A stretch of 64,000 nt of DNA from the human T2T-CHM13v2.0 reference genome, Homo sapiens. Shown here one piece after another: positions 1-14,149 of the stretch (position 1 is its first letter; each line of letters begins with the position of its first letter). A program made the translations under genes and the position numbers. The notes under the pieces are model-generated. The model ran no database searches. It was not told the DNA's origin and worked only from the letters and a program-made list of their open reading frames with translations. Location of the stretch: the NCBI RefSeq assembly GCF_009914755.1, contig NC_060928.1; one strand, 5' to 3'.

Positions 1-244
1 CTAGGACATTTTGGATAAGATAACTAATTTTTATGTGAATGTAAATGTGAAGTAGTAACAATTTTAGAAACTATATTTAAAAGAAAAAAAGCAGAAAGCA
101 AAAGGTGATATCAGGTACTTCTATATTCTCATATTATCTACTTCTCCCTTAATTTACTTCTTTTCATACTGTAAATCAAAAGGACTTATTTAAGGGTCAT
201 AATGTCAACAACTATGTGCCTGAAGTTCTAAGGTCCAATTCTTG

Positions 245-322
245 CTCTCCTTTCAACTTGTAGAAAGTTGAACTCTCCTTTCAACCTGTAGAAAGTTGAA
301 CTCTCCTTTCAACTTGTAGAAA
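245..322. repeat. 28-bp tandem repeat (~2.8 copies) with internal hairpin
   Basis: CTCTCCTTTCAACYTGTAGAAAGTTGAA at 245-272, 273-300 and partial 301-322; TTCAACTT/AAGTTGAA inverted arms within the unit. Confidence 0.9.
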
Positions 323-2259
323 CATTTGTAGATCGTCAACCCTGCATGTTATTTTTCTCCTATAAGTTGTGAATGTAGATGTTGCATTAGCTGATTTTGT
401 ATTGATGTTTTTCATGACTATTATTATATGATTTATAAATTTTTGTTTATTTTGAGAAAATATATCTTTTACTCCAAATTCATAAGCTTGTAATTTAATC
501 TCTTAAAGGGAAAAACAGTCACACGACATAAATTTATAAATATCTAGCATTCAATTCAACATACTTAGACGTTGTGTTTCTTGTATTGGAATTTAGCAAT
601 CACTATTTCCCTGAAATCATCTTGAAAAGCATATTTTTACAGATGCATGCTTTAAAATTAAAGGTCTTGAATGGCTGTTCATTGCTAATGTCATAGTGTT
701 TATGGGTTTAAACATTACAAGCATTACAACAGTAAGCATTACAAGCGACACACTTATATAGACAGAGTTGGAAATATGCAAATATGTGGGAACTGTAAAT
801 TGGAAACAAGTGAAGCAAGAATGGGTAAGAACTAAGTATGAGAACCCTAGCCAGGCTGGGCCTGTGGGGATGATCAGCTCACCTGGTATTACACCCAGGG
901 AACTCAACACTTTGGGTTGTACTCAGTCTTTGTCTCCTTTCTTTTTTATGTCCTTTCTTTTTAAGCAAGTTATGGACCACTTTTTTGAAATCTTACAAAA
1001 TAACTAATTTTATTCCACTGAATGTAGAGGCTCTGAAATAACCACGACTTTTTGAAACTTAAATTCAAGAAATTTGCTCACAATATTTATTTTTTAATTC
1101 CAGCATCATAGCTTTCATGAATAGCACACAGAAGACCCAAATCTGTAAAATGTGAGAAACTGTTGCCTTAAAATATTCCCTATAATTACTCTATTTTAGA
1201 AGATTTGGATTGTTACATCTAATTTCCATAAAATACAAGAATGAAAGTGACTTTCATATTTTGCTATCAGTCAGTTTGAAACCTTTATTCACAAGATTGT
1301 ACATCATAAAGTGAGCTCAAGAGCAGAGCACAATCATTCAACTTGACAAGAAAAACAGCCAGCTCTTTCTATATTTTTAGTAATGTTTTATTTTGCTTAT
1401 TCCATCCTTAGAACTATGTAAACAGTACTACATTCTTGGAATATGTTGCGGTCATTAACACTTTGGACACTCAAATGTAGATTTAAATACAGAAATGCCA
1501 TTCAAACACTCAAAAGAATATTTTTTATTAAAGCTTTATTACCTAGATATTAAGAATAAGAATTAAGAACTTTATCAGAAACTTTAATTTTAGATTTTAG
1601 ACCTTGGTTCGATCGGCTCTTATTCTTCCATAAATTTGATGAAAATATCCTTTAGATATAGGACATGGAACTCACCTTTGACTTTCTAAGATTACTAACA
1701 AGTGTTTTCTTTTTTTTTAAGTAAACTATTAGGTGCAAATAATAATATTTAAAAAATACATATATCCACCATCGAGCTTACCAAATAAAATAACTATTGA
1801 TCCTTAGTGTATGCTTTTCTCATCACATTTCCCTTTAAACCCCTCAGGGGCACCAGTATCCTTAATTCTATATTTATTATTCCCTTGAGTTTTTGAAATG
1901 TTTTACTATGTGTGTACCTATCCTTTCAATTATACTGTTCAGTTTCACATGGTTTTAATATTTATTAAATTTTAATATTTAATATTTAAATGATATCACA
2001 CTAAGGTAATCCTATGTAACTATTTACCTGATTTAAATTTACATTTATGTGTTTATCTACTGATTCATATAGCTAAATTTGATTCAAATTTTAAAATTGC
2101 TGATTATACAATATATTTCACTATTATCAGGTTAATTATATTTGAGCTGTTTTATTGTTTTTCTCATTAAAAATAATTCACTATATATATTTCTGTGTGG
2201 GCTTACCATTGCACTGATTGATGATTTTTTCTGGATATATTAAAATGGCATATAAATTG

Positions 2260-4465
<2,206 letters not shown>

Positions 4466-5844
4466 ATATATAACAGTTTGATACTTATGGGAATAATGTA
4501 AGAGTATTTCCAGAGTTGCAAATGGTAAAAACGAAAACTCTATTTCTTTTTTTTAACAGATTGATAGTTTTCATCCATAATATGGATCATATTTCTTCCA
4601 TTAAAATATAGTAAGGAATATAGGTGTAAAATATATTACACCTATACCCTGAATTATATGTTTATTTTTTTATATCTTCCCTATCATATTGTTCTTATAC
4701 ACCTAGTAGATAGCAGATTAAATTTACTCAATGGTGATTTATTATTAAGTGCCTACTTTATACAGAGAGTATTCTAGGCACTAGGATACAACATTTTATA
4801 ATAATATATTTTATTATTTTGTATACAAATTTTATATATAAAACAAAAATTTTAATATATAAATACCTTTCTATATTAACCATATGTAATTATTTAAAAC
4901 TAAAATATATGAAGTAGAATTATATGCACCAATTGTTGAATGAGTAAGTCAGTGAATGAATAAATATAAATTTATCTTGCGAATCCAAGTCCACATTTGT
5001 CTTGTAAGTCCACTTTATTTTTATCTATGCTATAGAATTGCTTCCAACTTGAAGTAATAGAAAATATAACTAACATAACTTAAATAAAGAATGTTTACTT
5101 TTGTCATAAAATGCAAAAATTAGAGTGAGGCAATTGCTGTCCTTCCATCTGTTATCTGGGTTCCTTCTGTCATTCACATTTACCAGCCTTAATATATTTC
5201 ATTTGTTTCCATTCTTGCTGCTTTATTGTCACAACAGAGCTTTTTAGTGTCAGCATTTAGAATGGGACTTAAAATTATCAATATGTAATTTGCCTCCATC
5301 TTTGTTGATACCAAAACCTCTGGATAAGTAGACACAGGAATCAGACCGAGTTGAAAATGTCATCTTTGTTTTTTTATAATCCTGATGATGTAACATGTCT
5401 TGGAGCTGTGGCCAAATGAATTATCTAAACTGTTCTTGTTTCATTAGACACACAACCATATGCTGAGACAAGCACAGCTAGTCTTTTTTTGAAGGCCTCC
5501 CTTTCAAGGAAAGATTTTACTATGGTATATTTACCATCCAAATAAGCAGAGAAAACCTCTGTCCTGAGGACAAATGCTTCAAGGTCTAAGCTATACATGC
5601 TCATTTTCTTTTCTCAATCTCTGTTCTCCTTTGGGAAAGGAGTACAGGAAGCAGGGAGAGGGTGGAAACTGCCTCTCCATTGACTATAAACCAAGAGAAT
5701 TTTCTATGAAGTGCTAAAACGTGAGGGGAGTAGTTAACCTGCCTTTATTGTGGGGTTGGGGGTGGAGTTCTTCAGTCATTTTAGCTGTTTTGTCAAAATG
5801 AGTGAATATAATGCGAAAAAGACTCAAGAAACAGTGGCTGAAAT

Positions 5845-7113
5845 TGAAACCACCTTTGTAAAAATTGTAACAGTGAGAAAACTATGGCAGTAGGGGAGAT
5901 CTGATCTAGTCAATCATCACCTTGCCTTTAGCCTTCAAGCTTCCCTTTATTCCTGGGCTTGGGCCTAGCTAACTTTGATAGACATTTAGTTTATAGTTTA
6001 AATGATAATATCCCTTCTCCAAAACAATGGCCTTTGTAAAGATAGCAAGAGACAGCTAGGCTAGGAGGATAGAGGAGCCTGAATTCTGCCAAAGTGTAGA
6101 CATAAACAATTGTTGGCTGTTATTCCAGAGGTCACAAGATATGCAACTTCCCCAATTACTCCTGCAGATAACATCATTATTGTAGAACCTGAGATTGGCA
6201 TTTTGAGATGTCTTTCAGAGTTTTTGCATGTCTGACTACCCATGGCTCCACCTGGATCTGCGGACCTCTTCTGTGGCCCCACCTAGAAGCAACTCAGCAA
6301 GCACAAGGACCATTTCCCACATCCCTATATATTTTTATTTTTATTTATTTATTTATTCACTTATTTATTTAGAGCAGGAGTGAAAGTTTATTAAAAAGCT
6401 TTAGAGCAGGAACAAAAGTAAGTAAGATACACTTGGAAGAGGGCCAAGTGGGCGACTTGCGAGATCAAGTGCACTGTTTGACCTTTGACTTGGGGTTTTA
6501 TGCGTTGGCATACTTCCGGGGTGTTGTGTCCTTTCTACCCTGATTCTTCTCTTGGGGTGGGCTGTCTGCATGCTCCGTGGCCTGCCAGCACTTGGGAGGG
6601 GTCAGCACTTGGGAGGAGGCGCATGTGCAGTGTTTGCTGGAGTTGTATGAATGCTCTCTTGAGGCGTTCTTCCCTTATCAGCCAAGTGTTCTAACTGGTA
6701 CAGGGAGAAAGGTGAGGACTTGGGGGGGTCGGGGCCGAAACCCAAAAGATTCCCCCAGCATGGAACACTCATGTTTCCAGGGTCATGTTGGAGTAGCAAG
6801 GGCTGCTCTTTGGTTTGTGCCCAGCCCGCCCCGACCAGGCCCTGTCCTCAGCGCGCTGAGACACTAGCGGTCTCATTTCCCACATCCCTATAACTGCACC
6901 TCCAACCAATCAGCAGCAAGCACCCATTGCCTAGCCACTCCCACCTCTTCCCCTCAAAACCCTGGCCTCCAAATTCTCAGAGATTGATTTGAGTAATGAC
7001 TGCCTACCACGTGGTGTCGCTGGCCTCATGTCTATTAAAGTCTGTCTTTATTGTAATGCCATAGTCTGGTTTTGTTTGTGCAGTGGGCAGGAAGAATTCA
7101 TTGGACGGTTAAA
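5845..7113 (+). mobile_element. LTR8A-like solo LTR (ERV1), split by a retrocopy insertion at 6330-6873
   Basis: Starts TGAAACCACCTTTGTAAAAATTGTAACAGTGAG, contains GAGGTCACAAGATATGCAACTTCCCCAATTACTCCTGCAGATAAC, ends GGACGGTTAAA; matches recalled LTR8A consensus. Confidence 0.85.
6330..6873 (-). pseudogene. Retrocopy of a chimeric transcript (GC-rich 5' segment plus MER50 LTR-derived 3' segment, polyadenylated)
   Basis: Perfect 19-bp TSD CATTTCCCACATCCCTATA (6311-6329, 6874-6892); minus-strand AATAAA at 6387-6392 followed by an (AAAT)n-decayed tail 6330-6370; 6371-6691 matches recalled MER50; 6692-6873 is non-LTR and GC-rich. Confidence 0.85.
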
Positions 7114-7308
7114 AAACGAGACAAGAAATGGAAGTCTACAATTAAAATAACAATGAATCTAAAATGAAATATAAAAGTTTTGTGGCCTTGGGCATATTGG
7201 ACAGCCTCTCTGAAGATTGTTTTTCTGGGAAAATAAAAAATGCATGCTCTATAATAATCTTTTTATTGTTGGTAAGTTCAAAGGAGGCGTGGACCATGCA
7301 TACAAATA

Positions 7309-7311
<3 letters not shown>

Positions 7312-7348
<37 letters not shown>

Positions 7349-7615
7349 ATATAAACCCCAAGTCAAAGGTCAGACAGTGCACTTGATCTCGCAAGTCGCC
7401 CAGTTGGCCTTCTTCCAAGTATACTTTACTTCCTTTTGTTCCTGCTCTAAAGCTTTTTAATAAACTTTCACTCCTGCTCTAAATAAATAAATGAATGAAT
7501 ATATATATATAGAGAGAGAGAGACATATATAATCACAATTCAGGACATAGCATATTTTATATACATATATAGACATACACACAAATACATATATATATAT
7601 ATATATATATATAAT
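7312..7615. repeat. Compound microsatellite (CT)n, (TA)n, (GA)n around the inverted copy
   Basis: Direct reading. Confidence 0.9.
7351..7500 (+). repeat. Inverted second copy of the retrocopy 3' end (MER50 segment plus tail)
   Basis: Reverse complement of 6351-6501 with about 9 substitutions and 1 indel by manual alignment, including the AAATAAATAA-TGAAT tail; flanked by (CT)n/(TA)n and (TA)n/(GA)n. Confidence 0.9.
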
Positions 7616-8317
7616 GTATGTGACAGATTTAGAAATATGTGCTCTGAATTGTAGTTCCAAAAATGTGATTATGACAAAATTACCCTAACCAAGAAAAAAG
7701 AGCTCATGGGCTCAAAATTTTGCGAGTGAGCAGTCCTGGTTTTCTTTGTGACAAAAGGCTAAGCCCCAAAACTGAACCAATTGCATTGAAAATACTGACT
7801 TTGAGGCAAAGTGTTAACAGAAAAGTACAAATTATCTCAAGCATTATACACACACACACACAAATATCAAGGCAAATGAAGGATGCTTTATTTTAGACAA
7901 ACTAAATATACCTTTGTGGGTAACTCACAGGGTAAATAATTTTATACCCATTTTGATCTATCATTTAAAAGATCATTTGCCCTGGAGAATACTACAGTCC
8001 TAAGCAAAATTTTAAAAAGATTACTTCTTACTAAAATTGTAATAACCTGCCAATAATCTAATCTAGTTCAGGATGTTTTATTTTTTTTTTTTAATTTCCC
8101 CTAAGAGAAAGGATTAACTTAATTTTTTCTTTTATATCCACTCTATCCTCTTCTTTCCACTGTACTTTGGCTGTTTTAGGATCTGCTATTTACTTTTTAT
8201 TATATGCCTAAAAAACAGAAAACCATGAAAAAATTAAAGCTGATATACTGGTGTGTAATGATGGAAATGAAGTTTTCCATAAACTTACATATAATAAGTG
8301 AGGATGTGCCTGAAATC

Positions 8318-8780
8318 ACGGGTAAATTAATCTGCGTCCTGCAAGAAGCAGACTCCAGGATGAGGTTTGATATATAGGAGATTTATTAATCGAAAAGTCC
8401 AGCCCGTGAAGGAGCCTCAGGAGGAAGCCTGAGGAGGATAGGAGGCTCTTCAGGCAGTGATTAAGTGTCTGTCTCTTAAGAAGAAGAAAGCGAAAAAGGA
8501 AGATCTTAGAATGTTGTGCAGTTCTAAAATAGTTTGGGTGGGGCTGACAGATTGTCCCTGTGCCGAAGTCGCAGGATAGAAAAGTCCGATGGTTTTCATA
8601 GAGAGCCTTCATTCATATCCCTATTGAGTTTAGGCATTGGCTGGAAATAGCTGAGTGAAAATTGTAGCTTCAGTGTGAACTTGGTGAGCGATTTCAGAGT
8701 GTAGCGCTGAAATGAATTTCATAGAAACTTCATCCTCTTCCCTCTGCTGAAGGAGATCTGAAGAGGGCATTTTTACAGCC
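8318..8780 (-). mobile_element. LTR16-family LTR (ERVL), probable 3' LTR
   Basis: AAGCAGACTCCAGGATGAGGTTTG...GATTTATT pattern of an antisense LTR16; adjoins ERVL internal sequence. Confidence 0.6.
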
Positions 8781-9009
8781 AGCTCCTCCAAGGCTCCCGT
8801 AGGTTTCTCTCCCTGAGGAAACACTTAGGAGAGGTTAATGGGACAAACTTCAGACCCATTGCTGCACATGATATTAGTACCAAAACTGGTAATAATCAAC
8901 TCCTTGTTTACACTATCTATGCTAAAATCCCCTTTCCTCCTTTGACTCCATGGCTTACTTGGTGTTACGACATGTATCTCCTGGGTACTTTGAACTAAGA
9001 GAGAGGGTT

Positions 9010-9366
9010 ATGTTAACTAAGGGTTCAAATATACTGTAGAATGGGAAGGACAAAAAGCCAACATTTATTTCTCACAGATATGGAGGTTAGAAGTCTGACA
9101 TCTGGGAGCCAGCATGGTTGGGCACTTGGTGAGACCTCTTTTTCTGGCTGTAAGCTGCCTTCTGGCTGTGTCCTACATGGCAGAGAAATAGATCATTCCT
9201 CTTGTGTCTCTTCTTATAAGGGCACTACTCCCATTTGTAAGCGATCTATTCTCATGACCTAATTACCCCTCAGTTGGCCGCACCTCTGAATATCATCACA
9301 TTGGGAATTGGGAAGAGACACACAACATATGAATTTTGGAGAGACACAAAAATGTATTCCATGGCA
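9010..9366 (-). mobile_element. MaLR LTR (MLT1A/MSTD-like) inserted in the ERVL relic
   Basis: ATTTATTTCTCACAG...GGAGGTTAGAAGTC...CTTCTTATAAGGGCACTA...CATGACCTAATTACC motifs. Confidence 0.75.
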
Positions 9367-10240
9367 CCTTCCTAGGCCAGGTTTGCTGCATGGCTTTATT
9401 TACAGTTACGATGTAGCAAGAAAGTATGCAGGCACCCCAAAGGCTTCACCTGTGTTGCACATATATTCCTCGATGCCTCCATTGTATAAAACCAACCCAA
9501 CATTCTCTTGCTGCTCAGTGTTGCTAAGTACCACTAACAGTATGGTGACGGACCTTCTCACCTACTGGTCCCTAGGTACAAAGAGTCCGAAGTGTCATGG
9601 CAGCAACTATAACTTGTAGTACAATGGAAAATCTATCCTGTCCCCTGAAAAGCATGCACCACTTTTGGGAACCAGAACTTCTAGCCCTGCAGACTCAAGT
9701 CATGAAGCTGGAAAGTACAATTTCCAAGCAGGTCTTTGGGAGTAAAGGTAAATGTGATCACACTTGTTTCCACTCATTGATTCTAATGAATTCTGTCTTT
9801 TGAAGACAGAGAATTATATAGAGGCCTATGATTTAGTGTATATACTACATTCTGAGGGATGTGATGCCACCCTTTCTGAGTGTTGCCTCCAAGATGCCAC
9901 TTTAACTGTGCCTTTAGGAAGCCATTTCAACATTCAGTAAGGGTGCTCTTGTGATTTTCCCACTGGATCTTGCCACAAATTTTATGCAGCATCTATTTTT
10001 ATCTCAGATACTTACAAAAACTAAAGGATCTGTCAGTTCATATGGCCCAAGTACCAGAGTCTAGACCTGCTCGAGAGCCCTCTTCAGCTCCAGATCACTC
10101 AAAGTTAGCAAGTTTCCATGTCACCTAGTATATAGACTGAAAAGGAATTGGCTCCTAGAAGTGGAGTATGATTCCTCCAAAACTCATAAAAGGGAACAAT
10201 GCTTGCTTATTTGTTTTGGGGCATGCAAAATGTTCCCATC

Positions 10241-10262
10241 ATACATATATATAATATATATA

Positions 10263-10297
<35 letters not shown>

Positions 10298-10340
10298 TAC
10301 ATTATATATATATATTATATATTATATATATATATATATT
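10241..10340. repeat. (TA)n/(TG)n microsatellite
   Basis: Direct reading. Confidence 0.9.
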
Positions 10341-12689
10341 ACTTTGGAGGGAATATCCCTAAGCACAGTACACTTAAATATGTCATTGATTTCTGAGTAA
10401 ACAGGTTTCTGAATCTTCCTAGCCTAATCTCCCACCCTCTGGAACATGTGTCTTACCAAAGTCACCTGAATGTTTTCCACCTATTTCTTGTCCTTCCCAA
10501 TAAAAATAAATTCACTGATGAAATAGATCAAAGTAATGGTATTTGGATGTGTCCTGGTAATCCAGATGTCCTCAGACTATTTCATAAAACAGGGCAGCAG
10601 AGTGAACATAGTCCTGAGTTAAAACTGTAAATAAAGATTATTGCCTGCCCCACATGAATGAAATCCCTATGATCCTTTCTGATCCTCTTTTGTAACTGAA
10701 GTTGAAAACATATTTAACAAATTGATGGGCACCTATTATGCACCTGTTACCTCTTTATTAATCTGCTCTAGCACCATTTCCACATTTACCAGCATCTGCG
10801 ATTGGCACCACTACTTATCTGAGCCTGCAGTTATCAACAGGCATTCTCTGAAGTCCAGCCAGTATCAGCAGAGGCCACCCGGGCAAATTAAATGGAGGTA
10901 TGTTGGGGACCAGCACTTCTGTATCCCTTAATTCATCAATGGGAGAACTGATTTTGCTGTTCCCACTCTCTTGAACGCAATATGGTTTTAGATTTACTAT
11001 TGTAGTTGGGGAGGAGGGACAATTTCTAAAAGTTTTGCTTTAACTACCTCAGTGTGATAGCTCTTACACACATGCCTGGGACCCAACGTAGGGAGTTATT
11101 CTCAGCATATCAATTCTAATTACACACTCAGAGCCTGGGAAAATGGCCAGTGGGCAAGGCCAAGGTCCATGTATCCATTTGGTATATTATGAAACACACT
11201 TTATTTAGAACCTCATGTATTATGTGGCACACTTAAGCTCCCACTCTAATGGAGAAATATAAAGATGCTTTGAGTCTCCAGGTATGACTGCGTGCTCAAG
11301 AACACTTAAAATGTCTGAGTATTACTTTCTTCATAGTGTGCAGTCACCAGAGTAAATGATCATAGTTCCCCTTTGTAAAAGGACGTATGGCAAGATCCTT
11401 CTTCCTATGGATGTAACTACTCTCAATCAAAGGATTCTAGAACAGAAAATGTGCTTAGTTCTGGAAACTTTGCCAGAGATTTTGACTTAATCTTAATTGC
11501 AGTGGCCTCTCTGTATCTCGCATTTGTGTATGTATGTATGTATGTATGTGATAATAAAGGTTAAGCAGCAATTTTATTGACTGTGCATCTAGTTTGACCC
11601 TAGTAATGCCATCTTCTCAGCCCCCTGTGGATCAAGCTCTGTTAGCTGCTCTTTTGTAATTGAAGTTGAATAAATTAACAAATTTAATTTAGCAAATCCT
11701 TGGTCACCTACCTGTCTTGCTGAATTTCAAGAAAATTGTGGCTTTTTGGCTTGTGGAGGGTAAATGCTGCTTCCTGGCCTCCATTACTCTGAGAGTGCAC
11801 TATTTCCATGGATATTAAGAATTCTAGCTCTGTGACCCCCTTCTCCTATGATCAGCCATGGCCTGAAGAGAAGAGTTATCATTGAAGTTCTGGTGCCTCA
11901 CTCACCATGTTTCTAATGACCTTGGTGAATGGTGTTTCTTCTGGACTTATTAGTGGTCACCGGCTACATTGATTATGTCATTCTAGCATGCTCCTTCCCT
12001 CAGTCTCTTTACTTCATCCTCTACCACCGGTGAGGGCAACATAAATATTTCCACTTTACTGAGCACCAGACATCTTTTTTTGTTTTTCTGGATTGCTAGG
12101 AGCTAATTCAGCAGCAAATTTACCCCATTCTTTTTGTCCCTCACCAGGGAGTTAAATCCCATGTCCTGAGAAAATGTTCCCCAAGTTAATTAATGCTTGC
12201 TTATTGATAGTTACATTCTGTCCCTCTTAATCAAATACTCTAAAAATACAATCCCTGGGGTATTTCTGTAGCTCCTACTGGATCTTTCTAATTAATTATT
12301 AAAACCAGTTTAGTGTTTATTTTTTTCCCTTCTATCAGCCCTAGCTCATTTTCAGCAGGGTGGTGATGCAACTTATCTCTAGTTATTGACCTGGCATCCA
12401 AGGCAGGAGATGGAGGTAGCTCCCATGTGGAGTACTACTGCCTTATACGGGAGGTCCGCTGTAGCTGTTAGAGCCTCAGGGTACTGCTCAGCTGTGTCCA
12501 GGGGTGAAGTCCTCTTTGTAAATAAAACTGATTGTGAATAAATAGAATTATAATTTGCAGCACGTTTGTATGAACAAAATATTAGTTCATTTTTTAGTAT
12601 GCATTTTCTCTTTTATTCCAGTGATTTGTGTTACTATTCTCATCACAGAAATTTAGCAAAAATAAGTTTAGCCACCATGAAAATCAACA

Positions 12690-12768
12690 CTTGGCTCCAG
12701 ATTATGTAATTTGGGGTTACTAATATATCCTTGGCTCCAGATTATGTAATTTGGGATTACCAATATAT
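12690..12768. repeat. 40-bp tandem duplication
   Basis: CTTGGCTCCAGATTATGTAATTTGGGRTTACYAATATAT twice (12690, 12730). Confidence 0.9.
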
Positions 12769-13167
12769 GAAGTGATCCCAAGAGTCAGACCTTTTATTTT
12801 TATCTGAGTTCTCCCCTAACACTAGTTTTTTGTTATTGTTGTTTTCTAAACAAATTTTGACAGGAAAAAGAAACTGGAAAATGTATACAGGTTTAATTTT
12901 GGAAAAATATACTCATCCTAAAATATTTTTTATTGAGTGCAGTGTCTGCCATATGTAATCATGGTCCATTGTGCAAATATAAAGGTTAGAGGCACCAGTT
13001 TTGCTTTAAGATGACCCAGATAATTAACAATAACAAACCAACTACATTCCATTGAAAGACAAAGCCAACTTCAAATTTTCTACTTTTGCCATCATGTTGT
13101 TTTTATCATTGGATGACAGTGGTATGTAATGGCCATAGTGTATATCATTTTTAATAATGCATGTTAT

Positions 13168-13448
13168 TGAGACAGCCATATGGGAGGGGGTCCCTGGAGA
13201 AACTCCAACCAGCCTGCCCATTTGGGTGGAGCCTCAGGAAGTTCATGCCATTTGCAGCAGGGAGGAGCCTGGCCCCTCCTCTTCCTGTGTAGACCTGGGA
13301 TTCTACAGCATGCAGGAAGTGCTCTAGCAGAGACTCTGGCCTTGCAACCCTGTCTTAATCACCACTTAATTGTCTGTGAGCCTGAATTTTCGTGGACATG
13401 GGACAAAGAACCTCATTTTTAGCTGAAATAAGGAAAAGTCCTACAACG
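13168..13448 (+). mobile_element. MER61-like solo LTR (ERV1)
   Basis: TGAGACAGCC...GGTCCCTGGAGAAACTCCAACCAGCCTGC...GCAGGGAGGAGCCTGGCCCCTCCTCTTCCTG; 4-bp TSD TTAT on both sides. Confidence 0.85.
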
Positions 13449-13504
13449 TTATTTCCAAACTCATGAAATAATTCTCAAAGACTTATGTGGCGAAATGGAT
13501 TATA

Positions 13505-13555
13505 TGAGGTTGGTACAAAAGTAATCGCAGTTTTTGCCATTACTTTCAATGCCAA
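13505..13555. mobile_element. MADE1 (Hsmar1 MITE) partial
   Basis: GGTTGGTACAAAAGTAATCGCAGTTTTTGCCATTACTTT matches the mariner TIR; second arm missing. Confidence 0.85.
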
Positions 13556-14149
13556 TAATAAAAGTAACATTAATAATAATAAAGGTAATAACAGCTGTCA
13601 GAGTGGTGAAATTTTAAAAAGATTTATGATATCATTTGGAAAACAAAGTTAGGGTTCATACATGTTTGACAAAACTTTTAGCTAACACTAAACCAAAACT
13701 TCCTACAGAAGTTACATTGTAAGCATAGACAATCAAAAAACTAATTCTTATTAACTCATGATAGTGTTAATATTTTTTTCTGGTGTGTTCTTAAAATTTT
13801 CTTTAATTGCAAACTCAAACTGCTTACATTTTGCTTTGATTTTAATAAAAATATTGTTTATATAGTAGAAATATACTTTTTAAAAGTTAAAAGTTCTTGG
13901 GGGAGTGACCCAGGAACAATTATCTAGAACAAATATGGTTAGCATGAAAGCATTTAAAATTATATCAAGATGACTATTTTGTCTGTTAATAATTTTAGAT
14001 GAGTCTTAATGGAAATTCGACAAAATATAATTACCACATCAAACTATCATAGATATTACTTATATTTTTAAGTAAAAATGCTTAAACATTTGAGAATCCA
14101 TAAAAACATATAATTATACAACCATGAGTTAGCAAAAATGTACCAAAAA

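Larger units (their letters stand above)
8781..12500 (-). mobile_element. Degenerate ERVL internal region (gag/pol relic)
   Basis: Minus-strand translation from 10940: IDELRDTEVLVPNIPPFNLPGWPLLILAGLQRMPVDNCRLR*VVVPI (ERVL RT N-terminus, SPFNSPIWP...WRMTVDYR-like); LVLGPYELTDP near 10030-10060 (LPLGPYDPADP-like); stops and frameshifts; right boundary approximate. Confidence 0.8.

Noticed and set aside
245-322. CRISPR-like palindromic repeat
   Set aside because: No spacers, no cas genes, primate context; a simple tandem repeat
617-1007. Overlapping 97-aa and 79-aa ORFs in apparently unique sequence
   Set aside because: No recognisable homology or convincing exon structure; lengths within chance expectation
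6577-6867. 96-aa (+) and 65-aa (-) ORFs across the chimeric junction as a de novo gene
   Set aside because: Short, GC-driven, partly LTR-derived, no recognisable domain and no expression evidence
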